Positions 29,963-41,265 are shown, counted from the stretch's first letter. The stretch is DNA of 64,000 nucleotides from an uncultured delta proteobacterium (GCA_963736855.1 CAVTQK010000009.1:32001-96000); one strand, 5' to 3'. The notes: a model not told the origin generated them from the letters alone. Made by a program: numbers and translations.

Positions 29963-31156
29963 CTACTTTGAGCCGCCCTGGCCGATCATTCCCTTCAGGA
30001 GCTGTTTCATGTACCAGATCTGGGAGTCTGTGGCGACTTCGTCTGTTTTGAGGAATACACTGCCGTCCTGGTAAGAAAGGGGTCCTTTGAAGAGGTTCAC
30101 TTTTTTGCCCCCTAAATCCTTGATGAACCCGTCCAGGGCTGTTTTGGCCTCCCCGGAAAGGGCCGGCCCGGTCGAAAAACCAACGGAACTGGTGTCCGGA
30201 TCATTGATGTTTTTCCAGTCCGGACCCAGCCACACCCATTTGGATTTCCAGGCGCCGGCCTTGGAAGCCTTGATGAATTCGAGATATCCGGGACCCCAGT
30301 TGAAATAAGGAACCCCCAGGCAAACTTCGGATGCGCCTTCACAGGCGCCGATGTAATCATAAGGGATAGCCCAGACCGACTTTCCCTCCTGCTTTTTCTG
30401 CTTGGCAACGATGACAGCTTCCGTGGTGTCGATGCCGGAGATGATCACATCATGCCCGGTGTTAAAGAAGTTCTGGCAGACCTGGGTGGGATCGGCCGTC
30501 ACTCCGGGGATGTTAAACCAGAAGCCGATCCAGGTCACCTGAAAGGAAAGTTCCTTGGGATCCCGCTTGAGGACGTTTTCCCAGGCATATTTGGCACCCA
30601 GAAAGCAGGCGGCGGCCAGGCGGCGAGTCTCTTCATTGATCAGAGGTCCCAGGTAACCGATCTTACCGGTTTTCGTGGTCATGGCCGCCGCAAAACCGGC
30701 CATCATCTTGCCGTATTCCATTTTTCCCATGAGGTTTGAAAGGTTTTTAGTGGCCTTTTTAGTCAGCACATCATCGCCGGAGATGTGAAGAAAATGGATA
30801 TCCGGGTGCAGCTTGGCCGCCTCCCGGGTACCGTCCTTCATGTCATCGGAATTGGCGATGATCAGACGCGCCCCTTTTTCCGCCAAATCGTCCACGAGTT
30901 GCGGGATCGTCACGCCCTGCCGGTCCGCCGGGTTGACCTTGTCGATATAGATCATTTTAGTGCCGGGCAGCTTTTTCTCTATATATTGACCGGCATCGTA
31001 ATGCGCCTGGCTCCAGCCGTGGTCGTTATAGGGACCCACCAGGAGCAATCCGAAGATAAACGGCTTATCAACAGCCCCAGCGGTTTTTGCTTTAACCATA
31101 AAGCAAGCCGCCGCCAGACAGACCATCAAAACTACCGCTACATTCTTTTTCCACAT
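29963..31156 (-). CDS. BMP family ABC substrate-binding protein
   Basis: AAGGAGG RBS, signal peptide, VGPYNDHGWSQAHY. Confidence 0.9.
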   Translation of the reverse strand: MWKKNVAVVLMVCLAAACFMVKAKTAGAVDKPFIFGLLLVGPYNDHGWSQAHYDAGQYIEKKLPGTKMIYIDKVNPADRQGVTIPQLVDDLAEKGARLIIANSDDMKDGTREAAKLHPDIHFLHISGDDVLTKKATKNLSNLMGKMEYGKMMAGFAAAMTTKTGKIGYLGPLINEETRRLAAACFLGAKYAWENVLKRDPKELSFQVTWIGFWFNIPGVTADPTQVCQNFFNTGHDVIISGIDTTEAVIVAKQKKQEGKSVWAIPYDYIGACEGASEVCLGVPYFNWGPGYLEFIKASKAGAWKSKWVWLGPDWKNINDPDTSSVGFSTGPALSGEAKTALDGFIKDLGGKKVNLFKGPLSYQDGSVFLKTDEVATDSQIWYMKQLLKGMIGQGGSK

Positions 31157-31622
31157 GATATTCCCTCCTTTGGATTGAAAAGCTAAGAAGCCCGACCGCC
31201 CGTGCGATACGATCTTCATCCTTCTTACGGCAACTCCCCAAAGCATTCCGCAACAGGGGATAAACTGAAACCCTATTTTTTGTATCACAAAGCACTTTTC
31301 CTTTCTACTTGAAATTGAAAATAGGGGGTAAGCAGATGCAAATCGGTCGGAAAAAATGGATGCCTTTTCAGCCCCGCTACTGGAAGCGCTGCGTAGAAAA
31401 TCTCTGAAACAGCCCGGGACATCCCGCGTAAAACCTTCAAACAGGTTGACGGGACATCCGAGACCATGGTAATCGGCAATTACAGGTTCATGGAGGATGA
31501 TAAATTCGGGCCACAAGCCGAAAATGCATGGATCTTTAAAACAAAATCGACTCCCTGATCGACAAAAAACGCTTTAAAAATCAATGGTGTTTAAAGGTGA
31601 GCCTTTTTTAAGGATACTTGTT

Positions 31623-32252
31623 ATGCGAAAGTGGAAATGTACGGTTTGTGGTTATGTGCATACCGGGGATGAACCCCCGGAAAAATGCCCGGTCTGCGGT
31701 GCAGATAGAAGCCAATTTATCGAGGTGACCGAGGAAAAACCGATTCCTCCACCAAAAGCCGCTGAAAAAGAGCCGATACCTCAAGCCGTCCCTAAATCTT
31801 CTTTGGAACCCTTTGATATCCTCTCCCGATGGATATACAAGTTCCACATCCATCCCATGTCGGTGCATATCCCCAACGGCCTTTTACCCGTTTCGGTCTT
31901 TTTCGCTTTCCTTGCTGTTCTTTTCGCCTTTACTCCCTTGGCTACGGCGTCTTATTTCAATATGATTTTTGTCTTGTGCGCCATGCCCGCGGTTCTGTAT
32001 TCGGGGTACTCGGACTGGAAGAGCCGCTTTAAAGGAGCACTTACCCGGGTCTTCAAGATCAAGATGGCGTGCGGGGGAACCGTCACTCTTACGGCGTTGA
32101 TCCTGGTTTTATGGCGAACAGCGGATCCCATGATCCTGGGACAACCCTCCGCCGGCCGATGGCTCTTTCTCCTGATCCATCTCATCATGCTGACGGCTGC
32201 CACTGTAGCAGGATACTATGGCGGGAAACTGGTTTTCAAGGACAAACGATAG
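31623..32252 (+). CDS. Rubredoxin-like domain fused to a 4-TM DUF2231-like membrane domain
   Basis: WKCTVCGY...[15 protein letters not shown]...GYYGGKLV. Confidence 0.82.
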   Translation: MRKWKCTVCGYVHTGDEPPEKCPVCGADRSQFIEVTEEKPIPPPKAAEKEPIPQAVPKSSLEPFDILSRWIYKFHIHPMSVHIPNGLLPVSVFFAFLAVLFAFTPLATASYFNMIFVLCAMPAVLYSGYSDWKSRFKGALTRVFKIKMACGGTVTLTALILVLWRTADPMILGQPSAGRWLFLLIHLIMLTAATVAGYYGGKLVFKDKR

Positions 32253-32279
32253 TCCTGCCTCACAGGTTGACGGCTTTTT

Positions 32280-34268
32280 CTATACAGGCTGCTGCTCCGT
32301 TTTTCTCTTTTGCAACTGATAGAGCAGTCCCACCGCCAGAATGCCGAGTCCGGTGACATCGGTTAAAGCGCCCGGATCGATCAGCATGAGGCCGGCTATA
32401 AAATACAAACCCCGTTCGAACCAGTTCATATTCGTAAGAAAAAAGCCGATCATGGATGCCCCGATCGCCGTCATCCCGATACAGGAGGTAATGAGGGTTT
32501 GGATAAGGCCGATGGCCGTGGTCCCGATCCAGAGCATGGATGGATTGTAAACGAAAATGTACGGAACGATAAAGGCGCCGATGGCAAGCTTGGTGGCAAT
32601 GAGTCCTGTCATCATGGGGTTGGATTTGGCGATCCCCGATCCGGCGTAGGCAGCCAGTGCCACCGGAGGTGTGATGTCGGCGATGATTCCAAAGTAGAAG
32701 ACGAACATGTGGGCCGCCAACGGGTGAACTTTAAGCAGGATGAGGGCCGGGGCCGCGATGGTGGATGTAATGATGTAATTGGCCGTCGTCGGTGCGCCCA
32801 TTCCGAGGATAATCGATGTAATCATGGTGAAAAAGAGTGTCGGGAGCAGGTATCCGCCGGCCAACTCCACCAGACCGTTTGCCATCTTGAGCCCCAAACC
32901 CGTAAGGGTGATCACCCCGATGATGATCCCGGCGGAAGCACAGGCTAAAGCGACCCCGATGGCGTTTCGGGCACCCAGCTCAAAGGCATCGGCGATCTCT
33001 CTGAAGCTCATGCGGGTCGATTTGCGTAAAGCCCCTGCAAAAATGCAAACCACCAGACCCATGAGCGCCGCGTAAAGCGGAGTAAATCCCATCCCAAGAA
33101 ATGCCACAATAGCGAAGAGAGGGAAAAACAGATGTCCCCGTTCCCGCATCACCGTACCGAATCGGGGCAGTTCGTCCCGGCTTAATCCCCTCAGCTTGCA
33201 GCGTTTGGCCTCGAAGTGGACCTCCATAAAGACGCCGAAGAAATAGAGGCAGGCCGGGATGGCCGCCGCCTTGGCAATGTCTAAATAGGGGATGTTTAGG
33301 AATTCGGCCATGATGAAGGCCGCCGCCCCCATGATCGGCGGCATGATCTGACCGCCGGTGGAGGCCGAAGCCTCCACTGCAGCCGCAAATTCAGGTCGGT
33401 ATCCCAAGCGCTTCATCATCGGAATAGTCAAGCTGCCGGACTCTACCGTGTTGGCCACCGAACTGCCGGACACGGTGCCTTCCAGGGCGCTCGTAATGAC
33501 GGCCATCTTGGCCGGACCTCCGGAAGCCCAGCCGGCTACCGCATTGGATACATCGATGAAGAGCTGCCCGAGACCTGTTTTTTCCCGGAAAGAACCGAAG
33601 AGGATAAAAAGATAGATAAAGGTCGCTGCCACCCCTAATGGAATACCCAATATCCCCTCGGTGGTCAGATACATGTGGGAGGCGATGCGCTGTAAGGAAT
33701 AGCCTCGGTGCTCCATGAAGCCCGGGAAAAAGGCTCCGAAATAGGCATATATCAGGAAAAATGCGGAAATGCAGACGATCGGAAGACCGACCACCCGACG
33801 GGTCGCCTCCAAGGTCAGCAGGATGCCGAATCCCGCAAACACATAGTCCACATCGGCATAGTCCCCTCCGGCTTCCATGATGCGGGTATAGTTGAAGGCC
33901 ATATAAAGGCCCACATAGGCTGCGAGAGCAGCCAGCAGGTAATTATACCAATTCAGACGATCGGAGCTCTTGAAGGAACGAAACGGAAACAACATAAACG
34001 TTAAAACAAAGGCAAAAGCCAGATGAACGGAGCGCTGGAGTTGGGCAGGCAAAAGCCCGAAGGCCGCCGTGTATACCTGAAAGACCGACCAGCCTACTCC
34101 GATAACATAGACGATCCAGCGATGAAATCCGCTGAGTTTTCGGGCGGATGACTCCTTGTCGACTTTTTTCAGGATCTCTTCGATTTCTTCTTTGGATACC
34201 GCCTCCACACCTTCCATTCGGGTGGTCAGCATGCCTGAACTGGCCTTATCTTTCTCCGATTCTTTCAA
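32280..34268 (-). CDS. TRAP transporter fused 4TM/12TM permease
   Basis: GGPAK, GSSVAN, EASASTGGQIMPPIMGAAAF, ITPPVALAA. Confidence 0.94.
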   Translation of the reverse strand: MKESEKDKASSGMLTTRMEGVEAVSKEEIEEILKKVDKESSARKLSGFHRWIVYVIGVGWSVFQVYTAAFGLLPAQLQRSVHLAFAFVLTFMLFPFRSFKSSDRLNWYNYLLAALAAYVGLYMAFNYTRIMEAGGDYADVDYVFAGFGILLTLEATRRVVGLPIVCISAFFLIYAYFGAFFPGFMEHRGYSLQRIASHMYLTTEGILGIPLGVAATFIYLFILFGSFREKTGLGQLFIDVSNAVAGWASGGPAKMAVITSALEGTVSGSSVANTVESGSLTIPMMKRLGYRPEFAAAVEASASTGGQIMPPIMGAAAFIMAEFLNIPYLDIAKAAAIPACLYFFGVFMEVHFEAKRCKLRGLSRDELPRFGTVMRERGHLFFPLFAIVAFLGMGFTPLYAALMGLVVCIFAGALRKSTRMSFREIADAFELGARNAIGVALACASAGIIIGVITLTGLGLKMANGLVELAGGYLLPTLFFTMITSIILGMGAPTTANYIITSTIAAPALILLKVHPLAAHMFVFYFGIIADITPPVALAAYAGSGIAKSNPMMTGLIATKLAIGAFIVPYIFVYNPSMLWIGTTAIGLIQTLITSCIGMTAIGASMIGFFLTNMNWFERGLYFIAGLMLIDPGALTDVTGLGILAVGLLYQLQKRKTEQQPV

Positions 34269-34769
34269 GGCGTCAATCCATCTCTTATGAAATCAAGGAT
34301 CCGAATTTGGCAAACCCTCAGGGTTACAGGGGTCCCGGGTTCCGATAGATCCGAAAGCCGGATCTACTTTGTCTTTAAGATGCAGCTTGTGTTCCGCCGT
34401 CCATCCGACCCGAACGGTAATTTCCGGAACAGGGCGGTTGGTGCTCCATTCCAGCCATCCGTCTTGGGCCAGGGTGAGCGTTCCCTCTTTTGTGGATGAG
34501 TCCGGCATACCGGCACCGAATGCATCGAATCGGGATTTTACGATTACAAGATAATCTTTTTCCACCCGCAGCGTATCATAGACGGGACGCTTGTTGACAG
34601 AGTGCGTGAACGAGAGGATGAATTCCTCGCCCAGGCGCATCCGGGTGTATCTCAAGACCTTTCCGTTATCATCATTCCGGATCTCGAGGACCCGGATAAA
34701 AGGGCACCCTAAAAAGAAGACGACTGCCGGAACAAGCAAAAGAAGGCTGATAACGAGTCCGCGTCTCAT
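34265..34769 (-). CDS. DUF1850 family protein, with an apparent +1 frameshift near 34366
   Basis: FTHSVNK, FGAGMP motifs; removing one base gives ...IRLSDLSEPGTPVTLRV...TP* whose stop overlaps the TRAP start codon. Confidence 0.8.
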
Positions 34770-34819
34770 AAAAAATGGGCGCAGCCTCTTTTGGGGAAGA
34801 AGGCCCTGGAGGCCGCGCC
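34770..34819 (-). terminator. Intergenic stem-loop after the TAXI gene
   Basis: GGCGCGGCCTC...GAGGCTGCGCC followed by a T-tract on the minus strand. Confidence 0.55.
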
Positions 34820-34831
34820 GTTGATCGGATT

Positions 34832-35782
34832 CTATTTCATTGCGCCTTTTTCTTTATAATACTTGACGGCGCCCGGATGGAATGGAATGGATACACCCTG
34901 AACCGCAGTCTGCAGATTCAGTTCCTTTCCTTTGGCATGGGCGGCAGCCAGATCGGCCTGGTTGTCGAATAAGGCTTTGGTGAGCCCATACACGACGTCT
35001 TCTTTCAAACTGTTGCCTGCAATGAGGACTGCATTTACAGCCACCGTGGTAACTTCTTGGGTCTGATTTTTATACGTATTGGCGGGAATCTTGGCGACAG
35101 CGAGGAAGGGGTATTTCTGGATCAGTTTTTTCGCCTCATCTCCTGAAATGTCCAGAATCCGGACATTGTGCTGGGTGCTGATATCCATGATGGCGGCATT
35201 GGGAATGCCTGCCGTCACGATGAAGGCGTCGATGTGCTTATCCTTGAATTGTTCGGCGCTCTCTGAAAAAGATAAATATTGCGCATTGACATCCTCTTTC
35301 ATCAGCCCGTAAGCTTCCATCAACTGCCGGAAATTGGCCTCGGTGCCGCTCCCCGGAGCTCCCACACCGGCTTTCAGTCCTTTCAGATCCGAGAATTTTT
35401 TAACAGGACCGTCACCCCTCACCACGACCTGAATGATCTCGGGATAGAGGACGGCGATCACGCTCATGTCCTTGAGGGGCTCTTTGAAAGCCTCTTTGGC
35501 ATTAAAAGCAAAATCCAGGGTGTCGCTCTGAACCAATGCGAGTTCGACTTCTTTCTTATTGATCAGACGGATATTTTCGCCGGATGCACCGGAAGTCTGA
35601 GCAGTCACGTTCATACCGGGAATCTTGGAGTTCCAGATTTTTCCCATGGCACCGCCGAAGGGATAGTAGGTTCCGGCAGTCCCGCCGGTTGCCAGAACAA
35701 GCTTTACATCAGCCGCATAAACCGACGCAAACGCCCCCAACAAAAAAAGACACACCACACCTAAAGCAATCCGTTTCTTCAT
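34832..35782 (-). CDS. TAXI family TRAP solute-binding protein
   Basis: ATGGTAGTYYPFG, LYPE, GAPGSGTE, PFHPGA. Confidence 0.94.
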   Translation of the reverse strand: MKKRIALGVVCLFLLGAFASVYAADVKLVLATGGTAGTYYPFGGAMGKIWNSKIPGMNVTAQTSGASGENIRLINKKEVELALVQSDTLDFAFNAKEAFKEPLKDMSVIAVLYPEIIQVVVRGDGPVKKFSDLKGLKAGVGAPGSGTEANFRQLMEAYGLMKEDVNAQYLSFSESAEQFKDKHIDAFIVTAGIPNAAIMDISTQHNVRILDISGDEAKKLIQKYPFLAVAKIPANTYKNQTQEVTTVAVNAVLIAGNSLKEDVVYGLTKALFDNQADLAAAHAKGKELNLQTAVQGVSIPFHPGAVKYYKEKGAMK

Positions 35783-35936
35783 TTACTCTCTCCTTTTCAT
35801 GTTTGACTTCGTTTTTGCGAGGTTCGCTTTTTTACGAGTGACCAAGATAGTGACCCGAATGAGCATCCTGTCTATGTTCCAATTATCGAAGACGGAAAAT
35901 ATTGTCAATATGGACCGCAAGTTGAGTCTTTAAGAA

Positions 35937-37703
35937 TCATGCTTGAATAAAATACTGTTCTGAATCTAAAAAAATACGGGATTGGCCGACTGTGGCGGCT
36001 GCCTGACCTTGGGACTGCTTTTGAATCTTGACCCAAGTGTCCCGGAGCGTCACGATCCGGTTAAAGACAGGCTTACCGGGTTTTGAATCAACCGGATCCG
36101 CGAAAAAATATCCCATTCTTTCGAACTGGTACCGACTTCCCGGTTTTGCCTCGGAAAGACCCGGCTCCAGCTTGCATGAGGGAAGAACCGATAGAGAAGC
36201 CGGGTTGATCCGGCTTTTAAAATCCGAGACGTCCCTGCCCTCTTCCGATTCGGGCAGATCGTTGAGGAGGTAATCGTATAAACGCACCTCGGCCTCGAAG
36301 GCATGGGGAGCGCTCACCCAGTGAAGGGTTGCCTTGACCTTACGGCCGTCCGGAGCATCTCCGCCCCGGGTGGCCGGATCATAGGTGCATCTGACCTCAA
36401 CAATTTCTCCTGTCTGTGCATCCTTGACAACACCCACACAGGTAAGGAAATAGGCGTATCGCAGTCTGACCTCCCGACCCGGGGAAAGCCGGAAATACTT
36501 CTTGGGGGGATCTTCCATGAAATCGTCGCGTTCAATATAGATTTCCCGTGAAAAGGGGACCTGCCGGGTTCCCATGCCGGAGTCTTCGGGATTGTTGACG
36601 GCCTCGAGCATCTCCGCCTGCTGCTCCGGGTAGTTCTCGATGACCACTTTCAATGGCCGCAGCACAGCCATGACCCTGGTCGATATGCGGTTAAGGTCCT
36701 CCCGGACGCAATATTCCAAAAACGCGATGTCGACGGTGCTGTCGCGTCGGGCCACGCCGATCCGATCGCAAAAATTACGGATGGCTTCCGGAGTATATCC
36801 CCGGCGCCTTAAGCCCGAAAGGGTCGGCATTCGGGGATCGTCCCATCCGGTGACATATCCTTCCTCAACGAGCCGGATGAGTTTTCGCTTGCTCAGCACC
36901 GTCCGGGTGAGGTTGAGACGGGCAAATTCGATCTGTTGGGGGTGGTGAATCCGCAGCGCCTCAAGAATCCAATCGTACAGGGGTCGGTGGTCTTCGAATT
37001 CAAGGGTGCATATGGAGTGCGTGACCTTTTCAATGGAATCACATTGTCCATGGGCAAAATCGTATGTGGGATAAATGCACCACTTTTTTCCCGTGCGGTG
37101 ATGCTCGGCAAACAGGATCCGATACAGGACCGGATCCCGCAGGTTCAAATTGGGAGAAGCCATGTCGATCTTGGCCCGCAGCACGTGGGTACCCGGTTCG
37201 AATTCGCCCTTCCGCATACGCTCAAACAAGTCGAGATTTTCATCCGTGGATCGGTTTCGGTATGGGCTTTCTTTGCCGGGAGCCGTCAGGGTTCCCCGGT
37301 ATTCCCGGATTGCTTCGGCGCTCAGGCTGTCCACATATGCCTTCCCTTCTTGGATCAGCTGAACGGCATATTCATAGAGGGTGTCGAAGTAATCCGATGC
37401 ATAGTATTCTCGATCCTCCCAGTCGAAACCCAGCCAGCGAACATCCGCCTTGATGGACTCCACGTACTCCTGTTCCTCTTTGGTGGGATTCGTGTCGTCG
37501 AATCGGAGGTTGCATTTCCCTTTGAACTCGGCGGCCAGCCCGAAGTTGATACAAATGGATTTGGCGTGTCCGATGTGAAGATATCCGTTGGGCTCGGGGG
37601 GAAACCGGGTCTGCAATATTCCGTCCCATTTCCCGGCTTTTTGATCTTCTTGGATGATGTTTCGGATGAAATTCGATGCGGGCTTCAACTCCTCGGAAGC
37701 CAT
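35937..37703 (-). CDS. glnS: Glutamine--tRNA ligase
   Basis: [40 protein letters not shown]. Confidence 0.97.
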   Translation of the reverse strand: MASEELKPASNFIRNIIQEDQKAGKWDGILQTRFPPEPNGYLHIGHAKSICINFGLAAEFKGKCNLRFDDTNPTKEEQEYVESIKADVRWLGFDWEDREYYASDYFDTLYEYAVQLIQEGKAYVDSLSAEAIREYRGTLTAPGKESPYRNRSTDENLDLFERMRKGEFEPGTHVLRAKIDMASPNLNLRDPVLYRILFAEHHRTGKKWCIYPTYDFAHGQCDSIEKVTHSICTLEFEDHRPLYDWILEALRIHHPQQIEFARLNLTRTVLSKRKLIRLVEEGYVTGWDDPRMPTLSGLRRRGYTPEAIRNFCDRIGVARRDSTVDIAFLEYCVREDLNRISTRVMAVLRPLKVVIENYPEQQAEMLEAVNNPEDSGMGTRQVPFSREIYIERDDFMEDPPKKYFRLSPGREVRLRYAYFLTCVGVVKDAQTGEIVEVRCTYDPATRGGDAPDGRKVKATLHWVSAPHAFEAEVRLYDYLLNDLPESEEGRDVSDFKSRINPASLSVLPSCKLEPGLSEAKPGSRYQFERMGYFFADPVDSKPGKPVFNRIVTLRDTWVKIQKQSQGQAAATVGQSRIFLDSEQYFIQA

Positions 37704-37920
37704 ACCCTGTCTCCTTAACAGTTCAGTTGCGCCGCCGGTTGCAGCGAATCGCACTACCGGCAATCCCTATGGTAAAAATTCATCCAAGTCAAATTCTAAG
37801 AAGTTTTTTCGCGAACCATGCCTAAACGTATTCAAATGTCCTGTTATCATTCTTTTTTTCTATACCATGTCATGTTTTTATTCAACTGCAGGGTATGCAA
37901 TGGACACAAAAGGAAGGATT

Positions 37921-37994
37921 TGGCTGAGGGACTAGGATTCGAACCTAGATTAACGGGGCCAGAACCCGTTGTCCTGCCGTTAGACGATCCCCCA
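37921..37994 (-). tRNA. tRNA-Gln(CTG)
   Basis: TGGGGGATCGTCTAACGGCAGGACAACGGGTTCTGGCCCCGTTAATCTAGGTTCGAATCCTAGTCCCTCAGCCA; anticodon CTG. Confidence 0.96.
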
Positions 37995-38012
37995 GAATAC
38001 ATATATTGGACT

Positions 38013-38042
38013 ATTATAATTGACGAAGTTGCAAGGCGTCAA
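38013..38042 (-). promoter_or_regulatory. Sigma70 promoter of tRNA-Gln
   Basis: TTGACG-18 bp-TATAAT on the minus strand. Confidence 0.65.
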
Positions 38043-38134
38043 GTCGAATTTGCCCGACTGTCTAGAACAAATAAAATGTCCGGTTTCAAGATCGAAGCGC
38101 TTGGTGGATTTCAATTTAAAAAAAAGGGGGGGAA

Positions 38135-38749
38135 TTATCGGGACAGGGCGATGAGCCGGTAGACGACCATTCCGGACAGCCAGGCAACGTCCTCAGGGGA
38201 AAGGATCGTTCCGATGCTTCGGTCAAAAACAATGTTGGCCTCAGGTGCGAATTCATCATCACCGGCCCATAGAATGAGCCGGATGGGAACTCTGGGGAAG
38301 GGAAACAGTTCGAATGCGCTGTCTCCTTCTTGGATTTCAGATGCACCGAGTCTTTCTGCGGCCCGTTTCAGTCCTGCGGCGTCGGAGCCGAAGACCTTTT
38401 TCAAGGGTTCCACGGCCCGCTGGACAAAGGCGCTGTAGTAAAAGGAAGCACCCGGGATCTCCCGATAAGAAATCCATCGTCCTTCAGGAGACCCTGATTT
38501 GCTTCCAGCCATGTAATGAAGGATCAATACTTGTTCCTGGATCGGCACGTCTTTTTGCGGTACATCCCTGTCCTTGAAAGAAAATTCCGGAAAACCGACA
38601 CGATAGACCCGATTTAGGAAAGGGACGATGAAGGTATTTTCATTTTCCCGCAAAAACGCTGACCGGTTACAGATCTCCATAAATGGTTCCGCCGCCAGCG
38701 TGGCGGCGGCAAGGTTTCGGGATGCGATATAATCGTCGATGCGGGGCAT
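38135..38749 (-). CDS. DUF3786 domain protein
   Basis: LILHY, WISYREIPGA.FY, W.GDDEFAPEANIVFD; usual neighbour of acs clusters. Confidence 0.85.
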   Translation of the reverse strand: MPRIDDYIASRNLAAATLAAEPFMEICNRSAFLRENENTFIVPFLNRVYRVGFPEFSFKDRDVPQKDVPIQEQVLILHYMAGSKSGSPEGRWISYREIPGASFYYSAFVQRAVEPLKKVFGSDAAGLKRAAERLGASEIQEGDSAFELFPFPRVPIRLILWAGDDEFAPEANIVFDRSIGTILSPEDVAWLSGMVVYRLIALSR

Positions 38750-38760
38750 GATCTTTGCCT

Positions 38761-38904
38761 TTAAGGGTATTGGATGCCGGCGAAATCGCTAATTGCGACG
38801 CTCGTTTTGCGGACTTCGCTCCTTCTAACTCCTGCGATCCAACGAGAATGTGTCCATTCAACTTCTGCGCCGGCTCCGATGAAAGGCCGGCATCCAACCC
38901 TTAA
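38761..38904. repeat. Structured intergenic element with long terminal inverted repeats
   Basis: TTAAGGG(TA)TTGGATGCCGGC ... GCCGGCATCCAACCCTTAA with internal hairpins. Confidence 0.65.
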
Positions 38905-38915
38905 GACGGGATCGT

Positions 38916-39797
38916 CTAAATTTCCAACCAGGAATCCGAATACAGAGTCTTTCCAAGGATGACGTTGACCGTCTTGGCGTAATCCCGCATCTCCTTGGAA
39001 AGGCTTTTCATATCCGGTTCCTCACCGTCCATTATCTTGTAGATCAGTTCGACGATATCCGGACGCTTGCCCCTGGCAATGGCGGTGAGTGGATCGTCAC
39101 GCGGATCGGAGATCACCGATTGCATGCCGCATTTTTGCAACATCACCATGTAGGTCTGGTTCAAAATCGGCCGCAGGTGATCGGGTGGCCCATTGGAGAT
39201 GTTGGATAAACCGCAGGTGCTCTTGACTCCCGGGCAAATGTCAGGGAGCATCTTTTGGAACTCCATCAGGCTGATGGCCTGGGGCTGCTGGATGTTAACC
39301 GGCGTAACAATGCCGTCCACCCAAATGTTCTCATTGGGAATACCCGCCTCATTAGCGAAGAAGACCAACTCTACACACAAAGCGGCCCGCTCGTTTTCGT
39401 CCCTTGGCAAACCCTCCGGGCCCCACATGAGAGCGACGAAACTCGCATTGTATTCGGCAACCATAGGGACCATCCGCTGGTAGCGCTCCGGTCGCACCAT
39501 GATGGAGTTGATGATCGGAGGAAGCTTGCAGACTTTCAATGCTGCTGCAATGGCATCAATATTTGAGGTGTCTAAAACCAAGGGAATGTCATCGACGACT
39601 TCCTGGACCGTCTTTACCACCCATGGCATGAGTTCGTGACCATCCTTCTTGGCAGGGCCCAGGTTGATATCGATGTAATCCATGCCCTTCGCCTTCTGGA
39701 AAAGGGCCTCTTCCTGAATCGGCTTCGGATCGCGCTCCTTAAATGCCCGGCCGATCGTTCTCGAAATGACGTTTAAGCTTTCACCAATCAGTAACAT
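38916..39797 (-). CDS. acsE: Methyl-THF:corrinoid Fe-S protein methyltransferase
   Basis: MLLIGESLN, IDINLG, LDTSN, IINS, GLSNISNG; operon context. Confidence 0.92.
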   Translation of the reverse strand: MLLIGESLNVISRTIGRAFKERDPKPIQEEALFQKAKGMDYIDINLGPAKKDGHELMPWVVKTVQEVVDDIPLVLDTSNIDAIAAALKVCKLPPIINSIMVRPERYQRMVPMVAEYNASFVALMWGPEGLPRDENERAALCVELVFFANEAGIPNENIWVDGIVTPVNIQQPQAISLMEFQKMLPDICPGVKSTCGLSNISNGPPDHLRPILNQTYMVMLQKCGMQSVISDPRDDPLTAIARGKRPDIVELIYKIMDGEEPDMKSLSKEMRDYAKTVNVILGKTLYSDSWLEI

Positions 39798-39840
39798 GTC
39801 GCCTCCTTTGGGTTGACAAGTGACGGCTTTAAGCCTTCCT

Positions 39841-41181
39841 TTATCGTGACCGGAGGAAGCCGGGGATATGGGCCGCCTCCCGGGGACCTACAGTCACGGT
39901 CCATCCCGACAATTCTTCTTCCATGTCGCCGGCGATTGCCGCCGCATATCCGGGAATGATCACCTCTTTCTTTTTGATTTTGTTTTCGATGCCGCTTTTT
40001 TTCACGAACATGCCGACGTCGTCGCCGGCAAACTTCCCGGCTGCCCATGCGGTCATGACCGAAAGCCCCTCGGAATCCTTGATCAAAAGCCAGGACGGGA
40101 TCTTGCTTCCCTCAATTTCGCCGGATACGATGAAGTACGTCAGCGCGAAGTTGGTGGTAACGAGGACCGGGGAATCTTCAGTCGGATTACCGATCTCGTA
40201 AATCCCCTGGGTCACGGTCATGGGACGCTGCGGGTCGGTATAGATGTTGAGGCGTTCCAGGAGCATCGGGAAAAGCGATTCTCCCGCAAAATCGGAGAGG
40301 ACGATGATTCCGCCGTATTTTGCCACGAACATGGCTGCGATCAGGGTTTCCATGTCCAGGTTGGAGGCCATTTCGCAAGGGAAGACGATGGTGGGGAACC
40401 CCACCTTGCGGTTTAGGTTTTTAAGGGCCGCACGACGGATGGCCACCTGATCCTCCAGGGCTTTTTTGATCTTGCGGGAACCTGGATCCAAGACCAGGTC
40501 TTTGAGCCCCATTCCTGTCAGCTTGTCGGTAAGCGGAATGAGTCCTTCGATGGAGTCGGCCTTGACGGCCAGCGGCAGATCGTTTTCTTTTGCCAGTTTG
40601 CCGAAATCTTCCGCATTGGCCGCAGTGGCGGCGTATATGAGGGGTCGCTTAAATAAGCAGGCTTCGATCCCTGCCTTCATGACCTTGGGATCTTCCGACA
40701 TCAAAACGAGATTGAACTCCGAAGTTTCGGCGATGGTCTTGGCCTTTTTCGCAAATGCCGCCGCATTGCCGTTGACGTCTTTCAATGCCACCACTTCCGG
40801 ACGCAGGTTAAGCCCGACGCGTTCGAACTGAAAGGCATTCCATGCTTTGAGTTTGACTTCCAGTTGAGTGTCGTCCATGTCGGATTTCACCAGCGCCGCC
40901 AAGACGGGCTTGTTATAAAAGGTCTTTTCATGGCGGCAGAGGACCGTTTCACCGCCCACCGTGAACGCCCGAACTCCTTTTCCGATGGCGACCGGACGGA
41001 TAGGAGGCGCAGACGCCTCCGCCAGTTGCGCCCTGGCTTCCTCCGAAACGTACGGGCAGCTGTCGAGTTCGGCTTTTCCGGAGGCCAGGTTCATGGCAAA
41101 GGCAAGGCAGGTGGGAACACCACACTCCTTGCAGTTGGTTTTCGGCAGGAGCTTGAAGATCTGAATACCGGTTAATGCCAT
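39841..41181 (-). CDS. acsC: Corrinoid Fe-S protein large (gamma) subunit
   Basis: LPKTNCKECGVPTCLAFA, IYTDPQRP, TTNFALTYF, SVMTAWAAGKF. Confidence 0.96.
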   Translation of the reverse strand: MALTGIQIFKLLPKTNCKECGVPTCLAFAMNLASGKAELDSCPYVSEEARAQLAEASAPPIRPVAIGKGVRAFTVGGETVLCRHEKTFYNKPVLAALVKSDMDDTQLEVKLKAWNAFQFERVGLNLRPEVVALKDVNGNAAAFAKKAKTIAETSEFNLVLMSEDPKVMKAGIEACLFKRPLIYAATAANAEDFGKLAKENDLPLAVKADSIEGLIPLTDKLTGMGLKDLVLDPGSRKIKKALEDQVAIRRAALKNLNRKVGFPTIVFPCEMASNLDMETLIAAMFVAKYGGIIVLSDFAGESLFPMLLERLNIYTDPQRPMTVTQGIYEIGNPTEDSPVLVTTNFALTYFIVSGEIEGSKIPSWLLIKDSEGLSVMTAWAAGKFAGDDVGMFVKKSGIENKIKKKEVIIPGYAAAIAGDMEEELSGWTVTVGPREAAHIPGFLRSR

Positions 41182-41220
41182 TTTTTTCTCCTTATCAGGC
41201 TTGAAAATATCCATATCCGG

Positions 41221-41252
41221 GGAACGGGGTCTTTTTACGGGACCCCGTTTCC
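41221..41252 (-). terminator. Intergenic stem-loop between acsB and acsC
   Basis: GGAACGGGGTC...GACCCCGTTTCC inverted repeat. Confidence 0.5.
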
Positions 41253-41265
41253 GAAGGCTCTAATC

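Noticed and set aside
31157..31622. Purine riboswitch or small ORF upstream of the BMP transporter
   Set aside because: No recognisable aptamer consensus; the long N-terminal ORF extension lacks support given the strong RBS before 31156
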